Assembly (NCBI GenBank): GCA_036172245.1
Contig: JAYWIR010000053.1
Span: 434,001-498,000, forward strand
Reading direction: 5' to 3'
DNA from: Raillietiella orientalis
Taxonomy: Eukaryota
Length of the DNA: 64,000 nucleotides
The position numbers were made by a program, and so were the translations under genes. Positions 37,585-48,900 of the stretch are shown piece after piece. Numbering within the stretch: the first letter of the stretch is position 1; each line of letters starts with the position of its first letter. The notes under the pieces were generated by a model that was not told the DNA's origin, searched no databases, and saw only the letters and a list, made by a program, of their open reading frames with translations.

Positions 37585-39668
37585 CTAGCCGCAGTTGATC
37601 TTCCTGTAATCGCGGATGCGGGAGGAGATGCGTAGCATGGCGACCAGGGAGACGAAGAGGGATGCGCCCACGAGCAGGCAGGACGCCGCTAGGACCGCAG
37701 TGAGGGGGTTTCCGAGAGGTCTGGAGTGTCCCTGGTCCGACTCCAATGTCCAGCCTCCGGCGGACGGTGGAAGCGTGGGAGGCTCTGGAGAATGCAGCGG
37801 CCTGACCCTCGCCAGGTCCGAGTCGGATCGGAAGAAGTGCGGCACCAGGCGGGTCCAGAAGTCGGCATCCCTGCTGAAGTTCCCGCAGAGCTCGAGCGAC
37901 TCCTCCAGCGGGACATCGGCTCTCAGACGCAGGTAAACTGGGCTCTCCCGGGATACGGGCGGCCAGGAAAAGCCCGACAGGCGGTCCCTGGGCCTCCTGG
38001 AAGCATGGTGAATGTGGGACGGGACAGTGGTGCCACCAACTCACCCGTTCATGGCAAAAGTACACCACAGCGACATGATGGAGTCCTGGAGGCTCTTCTC
38101 TTTGAGGTTCTCCCTGGTCGCCAACCCGAAGACGTAGAGGAGATCGTCGCCGTGGGCGGCGCGCACGAAGGGCGGGTGGAAGGACGTGGACGGTCGGTGG
38201 GCGAAGACGTAGCGGAAGACGCGGTGGCCCCTGCGACGCAGCTGCGAGGCAAGCTCGCTGGTGGGCACGCCTACGTATAGGGCGCCGCAGAAGTCCAGGT
38301 AGGTTCGTCGGAGGTCATTCGCGTCCGAGTCGGCGCGGGCGCCATACTCATGCAGTGCCGTGCGCACCAGAGCCTCGGGCGCCTCCCTCTTGAAGTAGTC
38401 GCGCAGGTGGGAGCGCACGAGCTGCGCGGCATCCTCCTCACGGAAGGCACCGCCGGGCTGCACTCTGAGGTGCAGCGGGGAGCGCAGGTGCTGCAGTGTC
38501 AGCCAGCAGATGCTACCTTCGTCATCCGTGTGGCCCAGTAGCACGCTGACATTAGTGACTAACGAGTTGCTTTCGTGTACCGTCCGCAGGGGATCCCCGG
38601 GCAACAGCCAGCCGTCCACAACAGGGCGCCACTGCCGCGGCACCGACAGCGACTCCCTCAGCAGCCGGTCAGCGGGCGCCGCCCGCAGGCACGCGGTGGA
38701 GGCTGCTGTCAGGCCCGCCGATCCTTCCTCCGTCAGCTCGCAGCCCACGCGCCTCGCCAGGTCGAGGGCGCGCCCCAGGGGATCCTCTTCGAACACGTAC
38801 GGGCCCGTGGCCACTCCGCTGTGCAGGATCAGCCGGTCGAAGAGCCTCCCGCCGGCCCCATCCTCGAATTCGCTACTGGTCAGCAGCGCGTGCAGGGCCA
38901 TCGCGCCGGTGAAGCGCCCGAAGGCCGTCACGCGGTTGGGGTCACCGCCGAACGCTCCTGCGTGCTTGCGGATCCACCGGAAGGCCACCGCCAGGTCGCG
39001 CAGCCCGACGTTGGTGGGCGCGAAGCCGTCGCCCGTGCTCAGGAAGCCGAAGACGCCTGCAAGGCCAGAGGTGAGCACATTCACAGAAGAGGAGAAGGAA
39101 GGAAACGCCGCAGCCGGCAGGCGAGCGAACGAGCAGCTTCGCCTGCCAGCAGCCGCAAGCTCTGCGCTCAGCACTCACCGACCCGGTACGCCACGCAGAC
39201 GACGATGACGCGTCCTGCTGCCGCCAGTTGGCTGCCGTCGAACTGCCGGGGATCAGCAAAGTCGAAGCCCTCTCCGGGCACCCACACCATGACGGCGAAG
39301 GGCCCCTCCTCCGTCTCGGGGGCGTACACGTCCAGGAAGAAGCAGTCCTCTGCCTGGGGGTCGTCCAGGGGACGCCGGACGGCGAAAGCTGAGTGCATGA
39401 GGCTGAACTTGTGGGGCCGCTGTAGGCAGCGGGGCGCCTGCGGTGTCACGGCCAAGGGAGCCCCGCCCTCAGCCGCTGGTAGGAAGCGCCCCGTGAACTC
39501 CGCGTAGCGCACCCCGAGGTATTGCGTGACCGGGCCGTAGGCAGTCTCCCGCCTGACCCCTCTGAGCGGAATCTCCGAGTCGGCCGAGGTGGAGGCTCCC
39601 CAGGAGCACAAGAGACACCACCACCACCAGCACCTCCACTGGACAAGAGCGGCTACAGAGCGGTCCAT
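37585..39668 (-). CDS. Type-B carboxylesterase/cholinesterase-like type I membrane protein, predicted non-catalytic (neuroligin/gliotactin-like), 637 aa, 3 exons
   Basis: Exons 39668-39179, 39056-38045, 37996-37585 join in frame. N-terminal signal peptide; YLGVRYA, EDCFFLDVYAP, YRVGVFGFLS, NVGLRDL..A..W, FGGDPNRVT, DEG, AAHGDDL, W..FA.NG, DFW. C-terminal TM LTAVLAASCLLVGASLFVSLVAML. The nucleophile elbow reads GRFTG instead of GxSxG. Confidence 0.93.
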
Positions 39669-39689
39669 GGAGGATCTCTGTTAGGATGA

Positions 39690-40260
39690 ACCCCGGGAGC
39701 GGCCTTTTTATCGAACAACTCTAGCGTGCACCCATTGGTCGACGCACCGCCCAATCGCCGCGCGCACACGGAGGCCCGGCGTGGCGGGAGGGCGCTGCCT
39801 TCGATGCGTGCCGCGGCCGCCGTCCTTGACACCCATGCGTGTGCGCCCCTATGTCCCGCAGGTGTCCCTCCGCCCCGCGTGCGTTGGCCCCCGGGAGCAG
39901 GGAGCCAAGGAGAAGATCTCCTCAGCGTCCGCCCCGTCCCCTTCATCCCCCCCCCCCCCTTCTCGTTCTTATCGGGCGGCGCCCTTCCCTACCCGACCAC
40001 CAGAGCGACGTAGCGAGGCGCGCCCGGTGCGCGCGCTTGCCGACGGGCGGCGCTCATTCAGAGCCCTTCTCTCCGGGTCTTCCGCCTCTCCTCCGCGCTC
40101 GCGAGCCCCCGGCAGCGTCCCCTCCTCCCTCGCACTTTCCCTCTCCAGCAACCAGCTTTTCGCTTTCGTTTCGCCTGCCAGCCGCGAGCGCGGGACCGCA
40201 GCTGATTGGCTCCCTCGCCTCTCTCTCGAGCTCTGGCGACGCGCTCCTATTGGTCCGTTT
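39690..40260 (-). promoter_or_regulatory. Putative CpG-rich promoter/5' region of the esterase-like gene
   Basis: Several CCAAT/ATTGG motifs (~39733, 39751, 40205, 40249), a long G run on the minus strand (~39947-39959) and high CpG density directly upstream of the ATG. Confidence 0.3.
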
Positions 40261-42917
40261 TAACGTCAGGCTGAACAGCACCGAGGCCGGGGCGCGCCCT
40301 CCCAGGGGCCTTGAACTTCCCTCGGAAGGAAGCGAGCCCTTCCCGGGGAAGCCCCCTCCAGGTGGGGGAGCAGGACACCCGCCCACGGAGCTCAACCCCG
40401 CTCCCACCCCAGGGCAGCGGACCATCCAGGTGGGGGCGACGGCGCGGAGGTGGCAGGATTGATCTTTCCCCCCACTCCTCACCTCCTGCATCCTTCCCCT
40501 CCGCCGACAATGGGAGACGGCGATCATCGCGCGCATGGGCTCTCTCGGCGAGGAATCCATTTTGAGCCCATGGAACGGAATGGAGGCCGACGTCCAATCA
40601 CAGCGCGGAACCTCTGGTCAACAGAAACGTTCCTCCAGGAGAAACGATCCTCCGCTTGACGGGGAATCACGGGACGGTGCCGAAATTCAAGTGCGGCGCG
40701 CTCCTCCTCCTCTTCTTTTCTTCCCTTCTTCCTCCTCCACCCCCCTTCCTCCTCCTCCCCCTCCCCCCTGTCTCCGACCCTGGACCGCGTGGCTAAGGAC
40801 TTCGCCCGTCTGCGTAGCTCGGGATGATCCATTCGAAGGTGACCTTCTGGTTCCGAAGCCGTCGGACTCGTTCCAGCACGCCTCGCTGTTGCTATCATGG
40901 CAACCGGGCCAGGAGTCTTCGACTTTTTCCCGATCGTCTTCCCCGTGTTCCGGGAATGCTGCTCCTCCGCTGCCCCAAGCATCTGCGCGGAGTCCTCGTT
41001 GCGGCCCTACTTTCAGGCGGATTCTCTTCCCTCTTCACTTCTTCGGCCTCACCTTGGAGCGGTTCCTCCTGGGATCCCGGAAGTCGGTGGGTCCGATCCT
41101 GGTCCCACGGTGAGTGTCGGAAGCACCCGCGAGTCGCCCTCATCCCTTTTGCACTCATCACTCGGGCATCTCTCACTCCATGGCCCCTGCCGCGGTCCGA
41201 CGCCTCGACCCCTGAAAGTCCAGTGGCTGCACCCAAGTTATCTTCGTCTATCGGGGGGGGCCCTATGCACGTAGTCATCACGGCTGCACACCGGCAGCAG
41301 GATCGCGGTTGTCTTAAGGATCGCAAGGTCGGGTCAAAGCAGAAAAACGGTGCGTCGTCAAGGAAACACCAGCTTTTTTGACGGCCTGGTCGCGCCTTCC
41401 CACAGAGGCGGCAGTGACGTCACGAGGCGGTCCGTACCTGGAGCTGCCCCTCCCTCTTTTTCACGGAGATCCCCGAACCTGGAGAGTATTTGGATGGGTT
41501 CGTTCCTCGGGCGCTCCCATGCTGGAAACTCCCGAAAGTTCTTCGCCGTTCCTACGCAATGCCTGGAGAATCCTCCCCTGAAGCTACGCTTGAGCGACGC
41601 CCACTATGCCGGGATCTCCGACCTGCTCAACTGGCTGCTCGGACGCGCGGTCTCCCTCGCAACTTGTGAGACCACCGGCTTCCTCGTTTCTCCTGGGCAC
41701 CGAGAGAGCCCCAGCCTCCCTTGCGCGCAGTCCCGGCCTCGGAGTCTCCCAGCTCGCAAGGCTGCCACGGCAACGGCCGTGGCAAGCATTTCCGACGTCT
41801 CGCGGTTCTCGGTGGCAGTGTGGTGCCATCGACAGCCGATCTCTGCCATGGTTGCTCCGGCGAGACACCATCCTCGCTCCTCCAGAGTCGTTCTCGGATG
41901 CCCTCACAGACACAGCTTCTTTCGAGTTATCCTTGTAGCGAGTACGCGACTCGTAAGCATCCCAATGCTCACGAGATGTCCCGGGCTGCAAAAGCGCTGC
42001 ATGGTCACGGTGGCAGACGAATCCTCAGGACGAAGCAAGAATCTTCACCGGAAAAGCCTTCCCAGTTCAAGTTCCAAGTCAGGATCGTGAGCTCCCGGCG
42101 GTCGATTCCGCGACTCGTATGAACGCCTCCGCAGCGGTCGGGTACTCCGGCGCTGTCCCTCAACTCCGCGGAAGGAACACGTAACGTCCAAAGGGTTTAG
42201 AGCTGACGAAGTCTTCCGATCTCCGCCAGAACGGCTCCGACTGTTTCCTCCGGCTGGGTTGATGGTCACATGTCGAGGAAGCGCGCGCGCGAACGTCCTC
42301 AAGAACGGCAGACGCGTTCGCATGTTTCTTCTCTAGGCTTCATCAACATACCTCGAAGGGTTCGACTATGGAAGTCTCAAGTTCAAGGGACAGCGGAAGA
42401 GATTCGTGCCCTGGCGCGCCGTCTTCGAGACTTCTGACTTGCAGCTTCCTCTCTTCCGCTTTTGCATAATCGTGAATGAGGGCCCACATCTCGGCAACTG
42501 GTCGACTTCTCGCGACCGCCCTCGTCGGTCTATTCGCTTTGCACTGGCGTGGTGCGGATTATTCCTCATTTCCGGTTAGCGGCTGCAGCCACGGCTTCCG
42601 CAACGTTCGAGGCAGCGCGCAAGAAACTCGGATTTTTCACTTTTTTATTTTATTTTTTTTAAAAAAAAACAAAGAAAACGAAAATCAAATGCTTGAACAA
42701 AATAAAGTCATTGGCACAATCAGCAAGACTTCTCCCATCTGACTCACTTTACCTTCCATGGAAGATGCGGACTACTGAAGTAACGGCTTCCTTATCCGCT
42801 AATCCACTTCAGTTTCCCCACGGTGCAGACCGGCTGCTGCTTTCCCAAATCTCCACCGATTCGCAGGAACGAGCAGCACAAGTACACCTCCTTCCTATGC
42901 AGGCAACACTCCAATAA

Positions 42918-43105
42918 CCCTTTCTTTAGTATCGTAGGTCCAAAGGGAGGAAAGCAGCGATGCTCCCAATAGAAGAAACGGCTTGAGGTAACGCTTCCTT
43001 CTTGGTTAGATTCAGACTTGAACATCCTTTCTTTGAAATTGTGAGTTCAAAGGGAGGAAAACTGCGGTGTTCCTGGTGGAAAAAACGGCTTGGGATGACG
43101 CCTCC
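42918..43105 (+). repeat. Diverged local direct duplication (~80 bp units)
   Basis: cctttcttt...caaagggaggaaa...aaacggcttg occurs twice, about 106 bp apart. Confidence 0.7.
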
Positions 43106-44069
43106 ACGAAACAGCGGGTCCCTCGAGTCTTTCTGCTCGTAGCTTCTGCCGGTATCTTCTTTCGAGCATGGAATGAGGCTATCTTTTGGCCGGCGACGCT
43201 CTCCCTTGCATTCGGTACTTGGGATGCTCCTGTCTGCTATTCTCAAAAGAGCAGATCCAACTAGGAACGTTTCCCTAGAAGCAAACACACCTTCGAGGAA
43301 ACCTCCGCTTACAGTGAACCTCGGAGAAAAAAAACTTTCCCGAACGTTCGAAAAAATGCAGATACGTAGGTCGGAACATGCCGACCAATGGCAAAGGAAG
43401 GAATGTGATAAGAAATCCAGGTGAGTCACGAAAAGCGTGCGTTTCTGAGTTCCAGACAAGCAAAGAGGGACTCACAGAAAGCTTCTAAGATGAAGTAAAT
43501 CCAAGGGTGCTGTCTCATGCGCGGTCTTGGGCACTGCAGCAAAGCGGTTTGAGGTTTCACGGGACTTCTGTCGGAAATCCCGCGACCCAGTCTGAGCGTT
43601 TCCGAGGCCACCACGAAGATCAGTTGGTGTTCGCCTTCTATCCTCAGGGACAAGCGATTTCCGGGATCAGGCAAAGAGGCGCTGCTGCCGCTTCGTCAGA
43701 GGGCGAGAAGCAGCAGTCCAACAGGCAGGTGGACCTACTCCTCGTCGCAGAGTTTTCGTTGCCGCATCGGAAGTGCACTACAAACACCTCTTCCACGGAA
43801 AAAGCGGGTGAAAAGCAAACACTTCTTTCCTTCTTCGATTGCTGCCAGAGGAGACTTCAAGATGATTCTGTCCCTTTTGAAGACCCTTCCCGAGCGAATC
43901 TACCAGAAAGTTTTACTCGGTCCTTGAGCTCCCATCCATCCGGAAAGCAACAGCCGTGTGGGTCCGGGCAAGGCAGAGAGCCGTCCGGGTCCCCTTCGGG
44001 AAGCCCGCAGCTCATGGCGCACCCTCCCGGCGGGTAGAAGGTGTTCCCGCAACAGATGTCCCGCTCTCG

Positions 44070-44826
44070 TGCACGAAAAGGGTCCATCCCTGGACCGCGT
44101 GCAGCCGGGAGGCACTGCCCGGCGGGGTTGCCAGATAGCGCTGTCAGCGGAGCACGGCGCTTCACCGTCATCTTCAATCCTTTGGAGCCGGAGAGAGGAA
44201 TAAGCGGCCTGCTTGAAAAGTCTCCAAGGCGAGAGCAGCATGTGGCTCCTCCCCCTCGGAGAGGGAGGTTTTAGCGAAGACGAGCGACCGCAGGGAAGAG
44301 CAACTCCCTCCGAGAGACGCCTCGCCTCGTGGCGGGGAATTCACCGTCTCACGCTCATCCTTCCTCAACACCGGACGCGGACTAAAATCGGTCACCCTGG
44401 AAGCGGGCCCTTCTCCTACATCCCCAGAAGGAACCTGGATTCCGTACGACGACCGCGAGCGAGCGAGTGGGTTCAGGAAGCATTCAATCCGCTCCCTCCT
44501 CCCTTCTTCACCGCTCTTCCCCTGAGAGAAAGCCCGTCCTCTCCACCGATTGCTCACGAGCACTCCAGGCGTGTCTTGACGCAAGACGTCTGCCGCCCTG
44601 TCACGGCAAGGCTTGGACCGGCCGGGGCCTCCCCCTCGGAGGGGGAGGAGCCACGTGCTGCTCTCGCCTTGGAGACTTTTCAAGCAGGCCGCCTATTCCT
44701 CTCCCCGGCTTTAAAGGATTGAAGATGACGGTGAAGCTCCGTGCTCCGCGGACAGCGCTATCTGGCAACCCCGCCGGGCGGTGCCTCCCGGCTGCACGCG
44801 GTCCAGGGATGGACCCTCCTCGTGCA
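44070..44826. repeat. Long inverted repeat / foldback structure (arms 44070-44268 and 44628-44826)
   Basis: Manual alignment gives 199-bp arms with about 12 mismatches and a ~360-bp spacer. Confidence 0.93.
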
Positions 44827-47299
44827 AGCATCTGGGACACCCGCTGCCAGGATCGTGCCGCTAGGATGGGGACGCACTCCTCAGGGGATTTCCTTCCACC
44901 CCTTTCCTCGCCCCCGTCTTCCCTTTGCTTTCTCCACTTTCCCTTCGTGAGATTTTCTCCCCCTTACGTCAGCAGTACGGACCGTTCTGAGCCACGTGCC
45001 CTCATCGACGATTCCTGCGAGGAAGGTGGGATGGTTCGGATGGCGGGAGATGGGACTTCTTTCGCTCACGTTTAGGAGTTGGGACGTGGAGTTTGTCGTC
45101 GTGTATAGGAACAGGCAGCAACTAGGGGGAGTGAATGGGGCCGGGTGGAGGGAAGGAAGGGGATCGTGGCAACGCGGGGTGCGGTAAAAAAAAAAAAAAA
45201 AAAAAGGAACTGGGCGCGCTTCCAACAGTCTTAGGATCAATTCTGGCTCTCCTGCTTGCCCTTCCCGAGCAGGAAGGGCTGCACGGGACCACCTTTTCTT
45301 CAGCATTATCAGAACAATCACCTTCCGTGTAGCAGAGACCGGTTCCTTTTATATGTGAAAAGAGAAGGGGAAAGTGAAAGTGTGGAAGTGAAAGTGGAGG
45401 GGAATGACGTGGGAGGGGGGATCAGAGAAAAAGAAAGAAAGAAAAAAACAGAAAAGACAAGAACATCGGCAACAACAAGCAGGATTGCAAGGAAGGTTGG
45501 ACTTTGGTAGCGTGATTTTCCAAAGATGTGGCACAGCTGCTTACAAAGTCTCCCAACTCGTCCGCGTCTCAACTTCACCAGTTTTCTCGGGGAGAGCTGC
45601 GAGAGCATACGTAGCATGGTAGGAAGAGATTGCGACGCAGGCTCCAGGTCAAGGGCATGTGGCGGCGAAGGCGCTGCAAGAATCGCCGAAGCCTGTCCGA
45701 GAGCAGCAAAACAAGAACTTCCGCTCTGGAGGATTCCTGAAGTTCCCCGCTTTTTCACACATGCCGCTTTCCGTGTCTTTTGAAGGTGCACTTTCCTTCG
45801 ACGAAGCACCCGAGCCCACAGCCCACCACCATTTCCCTCTCGACACCGCATCTCGAGCAAAAACGCACATGCAAAAAAAGAAGACTCACCATTTTTCCTG
45901 CATCCGGGTGGAGTCTATGGGAGGCAGGCCGAGGAGGGTATAACTCAAGTTCTCCGACAAAGCCCTGCGATCACACGTTGGAGATGCACAAAGTCAATCC
46001 CCGGTTTGAAAGTTAGTCTTGAGACATGGCGGCCTAAAAGACAGTCGGCCATTTTGCCGAAGGATGACAACAATGTGGCCGTTATCGATCGATCGTGATT
46101 CCGCGCCATTGTGTTTCCTTGGTTTCCGAGCCGGATTCTCTCATCCTCAGGGAGCATCGAGAATGCGTGGAAAGGGTGCCGAGGCAACAGCAGGGGCAGA
46201 AGAAGTGCATGGAACTAGGGGTCCCCGAGCTCACCGCTCCACCATGAGACAAAAATGCATTAGGAATGGCACTAGAAAGCCTCCCTCGCACTTTTCCAAA
46301 AGTGGTTCGTCCCTACGAAGGAAATTTGTTTTGCTTTCTGTGAAAAACACATCGGCAGACTGCTGGATTTGTGTTGTCGGCAACCAGCGCGGACCATTTC
46401 AAGCCACGGCAAAGCAGAAAGTGGTATGAAAGTGAAATTTTGTAAGAAACTTGTCGAAAGTGAAAGCAAACCTTTCTTTCTGTTTTTTTTTTTTCCTTTC
46501 TCTTTTCTTTTCTTTCCTTTTATTTTTTTTTTTTCCTCCTCCTAAGGGAGAACATCTCTGTTTGCCTTGAGAGTGGACTTTGACGAACGATTAATAGTTC
46601 AGTTTTCCCTACGCAATGGGGGTCGATCAGCAAATCTGTTCGCAACCAAAGAGCCACCATTGCGGTGCCCGTGGCGATAATAAAAAGGTGAAAATCAAAA
46701 CCTGTTTCCTTTGGAATCGATAAACAAAACGAATCGATAGGGAATGGATATGTTTGTTTCTGCATGGCAGGAACATTTTTGATCTGCCCAGTCGGCTGAA
46801 CGAAATGCCGATTCCCAACGGCAATGGCAGGGACGATGGACATCTTTGTGTGAGTCAAAGGCTACACCCACTTCTCGGACTCAGGGTGAGATGGACTCGC
46901 GAGAAAATGCTTTCTTGAAGCTTCCCGAGACCCAGCTGTCCCGCACAGGAGGATCTGAGTTGCTTGCTCTTCGAATTCCTGTATCTCCACTGCAGAAAAT
47001 GCGGCGCAGTGCAAAGCAAGTCCTGATCTTCAAGCACCAGAAGTCAGAGAACTCATCACATTGCATTGACGGAATTGGAGAGCCGGCAGGCTTTTTGTTC
47101 GGATATGAGTCAAAACAGCTTCAAAGAATTCGTGGAATTAGAAGAATCTGCAAGACTCGTGGAATCCAAAAAGTTGGAGTACTCTGCATTTTGCATCTCT
47201 GGTGACAGAGAAGTATGAGCTGTTAATCCGCAGATGCGAGTTGTCCACACTTGAAGACATCAAGAACTCGCATTCATAAATGGTTCATCATGAGATGGC

Positions 47300-48900
47300 T
47301 CTTCATTGGGCAGCTCCCTTAACGCTAATGTTTACAACTAGGCTCAGGTCTGAAGATCCTTGGAAAGAATGCTGCTGGGGCAGGCGCGCTCTAGAACTCT
47401 TAGTGGAAGCAACAAAGAGAGGCAGGAAGAGACGCTTCCTCCTCCTGAAAGATAACCGATCGGTTATCATTTGGAGATGACCGATGACCGATCAGGCACC
47501 TTCCTCCGCCTTCAGGTTGCAACAGCAAGGAACTCTTCCGCCCTTTTGGTTTCCGATCTTTCTCCCTCTCGTCTGAGAACTCAGGAGCGAAAGACGGAGC
47601 TGAGAAGCGTCGGCCAAAGCTGAAGACGAGGGATACTTTTAAGCTTGAGATGCTGCTCTCATCGAGATGGAACAGAATCCATTCTTCCAAAGAGGCTTCG
47701 GTCAGTACCGAGGTAACTGATTCCTGAGAGGCTTGCATCTCAAGGAAGGCGATGATGAAGGCAGATGAAGACCGAGTTCCAAGAAAAGATGCCCAACACT
47801 TTAAAGACGACGAGGGAAGAGATCAATCAACTCCGATCAGTCTGCTGCTGAAACTCCTTGCCCGTGTGAACCACACTACTGCAGCATTTTGCTATTTAGC
47901 TTCTGAGCTTTCCTTCTGTACTCAGGGCAACGAGATGAGCTGGATAAGAGCATTGGGCTAGGAAGAAAATCCCTCCATCTGCTCTGGAGGGTGCACCTCC
48001 CACGAACTCTCGACCCGAGTACGGCATGCTACCTGTAACTCCGGAGTCCCAGGAAAAACTCTTCTTTCCCTTCCTCCTCTTCCTCTTACTAAGGGAAAGT
48101 TCGGGCTTTCCCTGCGCGTGGCTATAGGACGCAGTGAGAGAAGCGGACACTCTCTCGCATCCGGAAGGGTAGGTCTTTCCCAAATTGCGGTGAAATCTTC
48201 AGGAGTGCTGGGCAAAGGAACGAGGAGGAAGAAAGTGAGGTCTGCCGGGAGGCATACAGAGGTGGAATGCCTGACGCCTCGTGATCTTTCCAGGAAAGAG
48301 CTCCTTCCACGACCATCTGCAGAGGTAGGTCCTCGCCCGTCTTACTCTCCTCTTCCCGTGATCTCCCTTCGCTACCACCAGAATGAGCGGTTGATCCGAA
48401 CCGAGGAGGCCGCGACGACTCGGCGCACCAGAGGGGCACCTGAGGCCCTCTTTCTGGCACGTGAGGAAGGCGTGCACGCCTGGAGGTGTGTCCGAAGCAA
48501 CCATTGCAGCTCAGTGGGCACGGATGCTTCGGACATTTGGAAGTGTGTTAAGCTCGCTTCTGTGCCTTTTTTTTCGGGTCTCCTCCCCCCTCTCCCAGCG
48601 TCTCGCGCGTCCTTTCATGCTCTCCGAATTGCGCCTCTCCGGAGCGCAGTGCGGTCGCCCCTCCTGGAGACTCGCGCATCCCTGGTTCTGCACAGAAGTC
48701 GCAGGCGAGGACGCAAACGGCGCTCCCGCTTGCAGCTTCCAGGTTCGGGAAAGGTGAAAGAGGTCCTGTCTCTCGCAACCCTTTCCCCGCATTGCATGAC
48801 GGGCGTTGCCTCGACACCCTCGCACGAGAGTGCGTAGCTCAGGAGCCTGCACGTACACGCGCGAGCCTCCCAATCAGCAGAGCTCCCATCCTCCCCGGCA
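47300..48900 (+). mobile_element. Degenerate non-LTR RT remnant
   Basis: STPISLLLKLLARV (~RPISLL..KL), EYGML, PSYSPL and RDD in order. Confidence 0.4.

Noticed and set aside
38510..39507. Long plus-strand ORFs (232 and 310 aa)
   Set aside because: Antisense shadows of the GC3-rich esterase-like gene.
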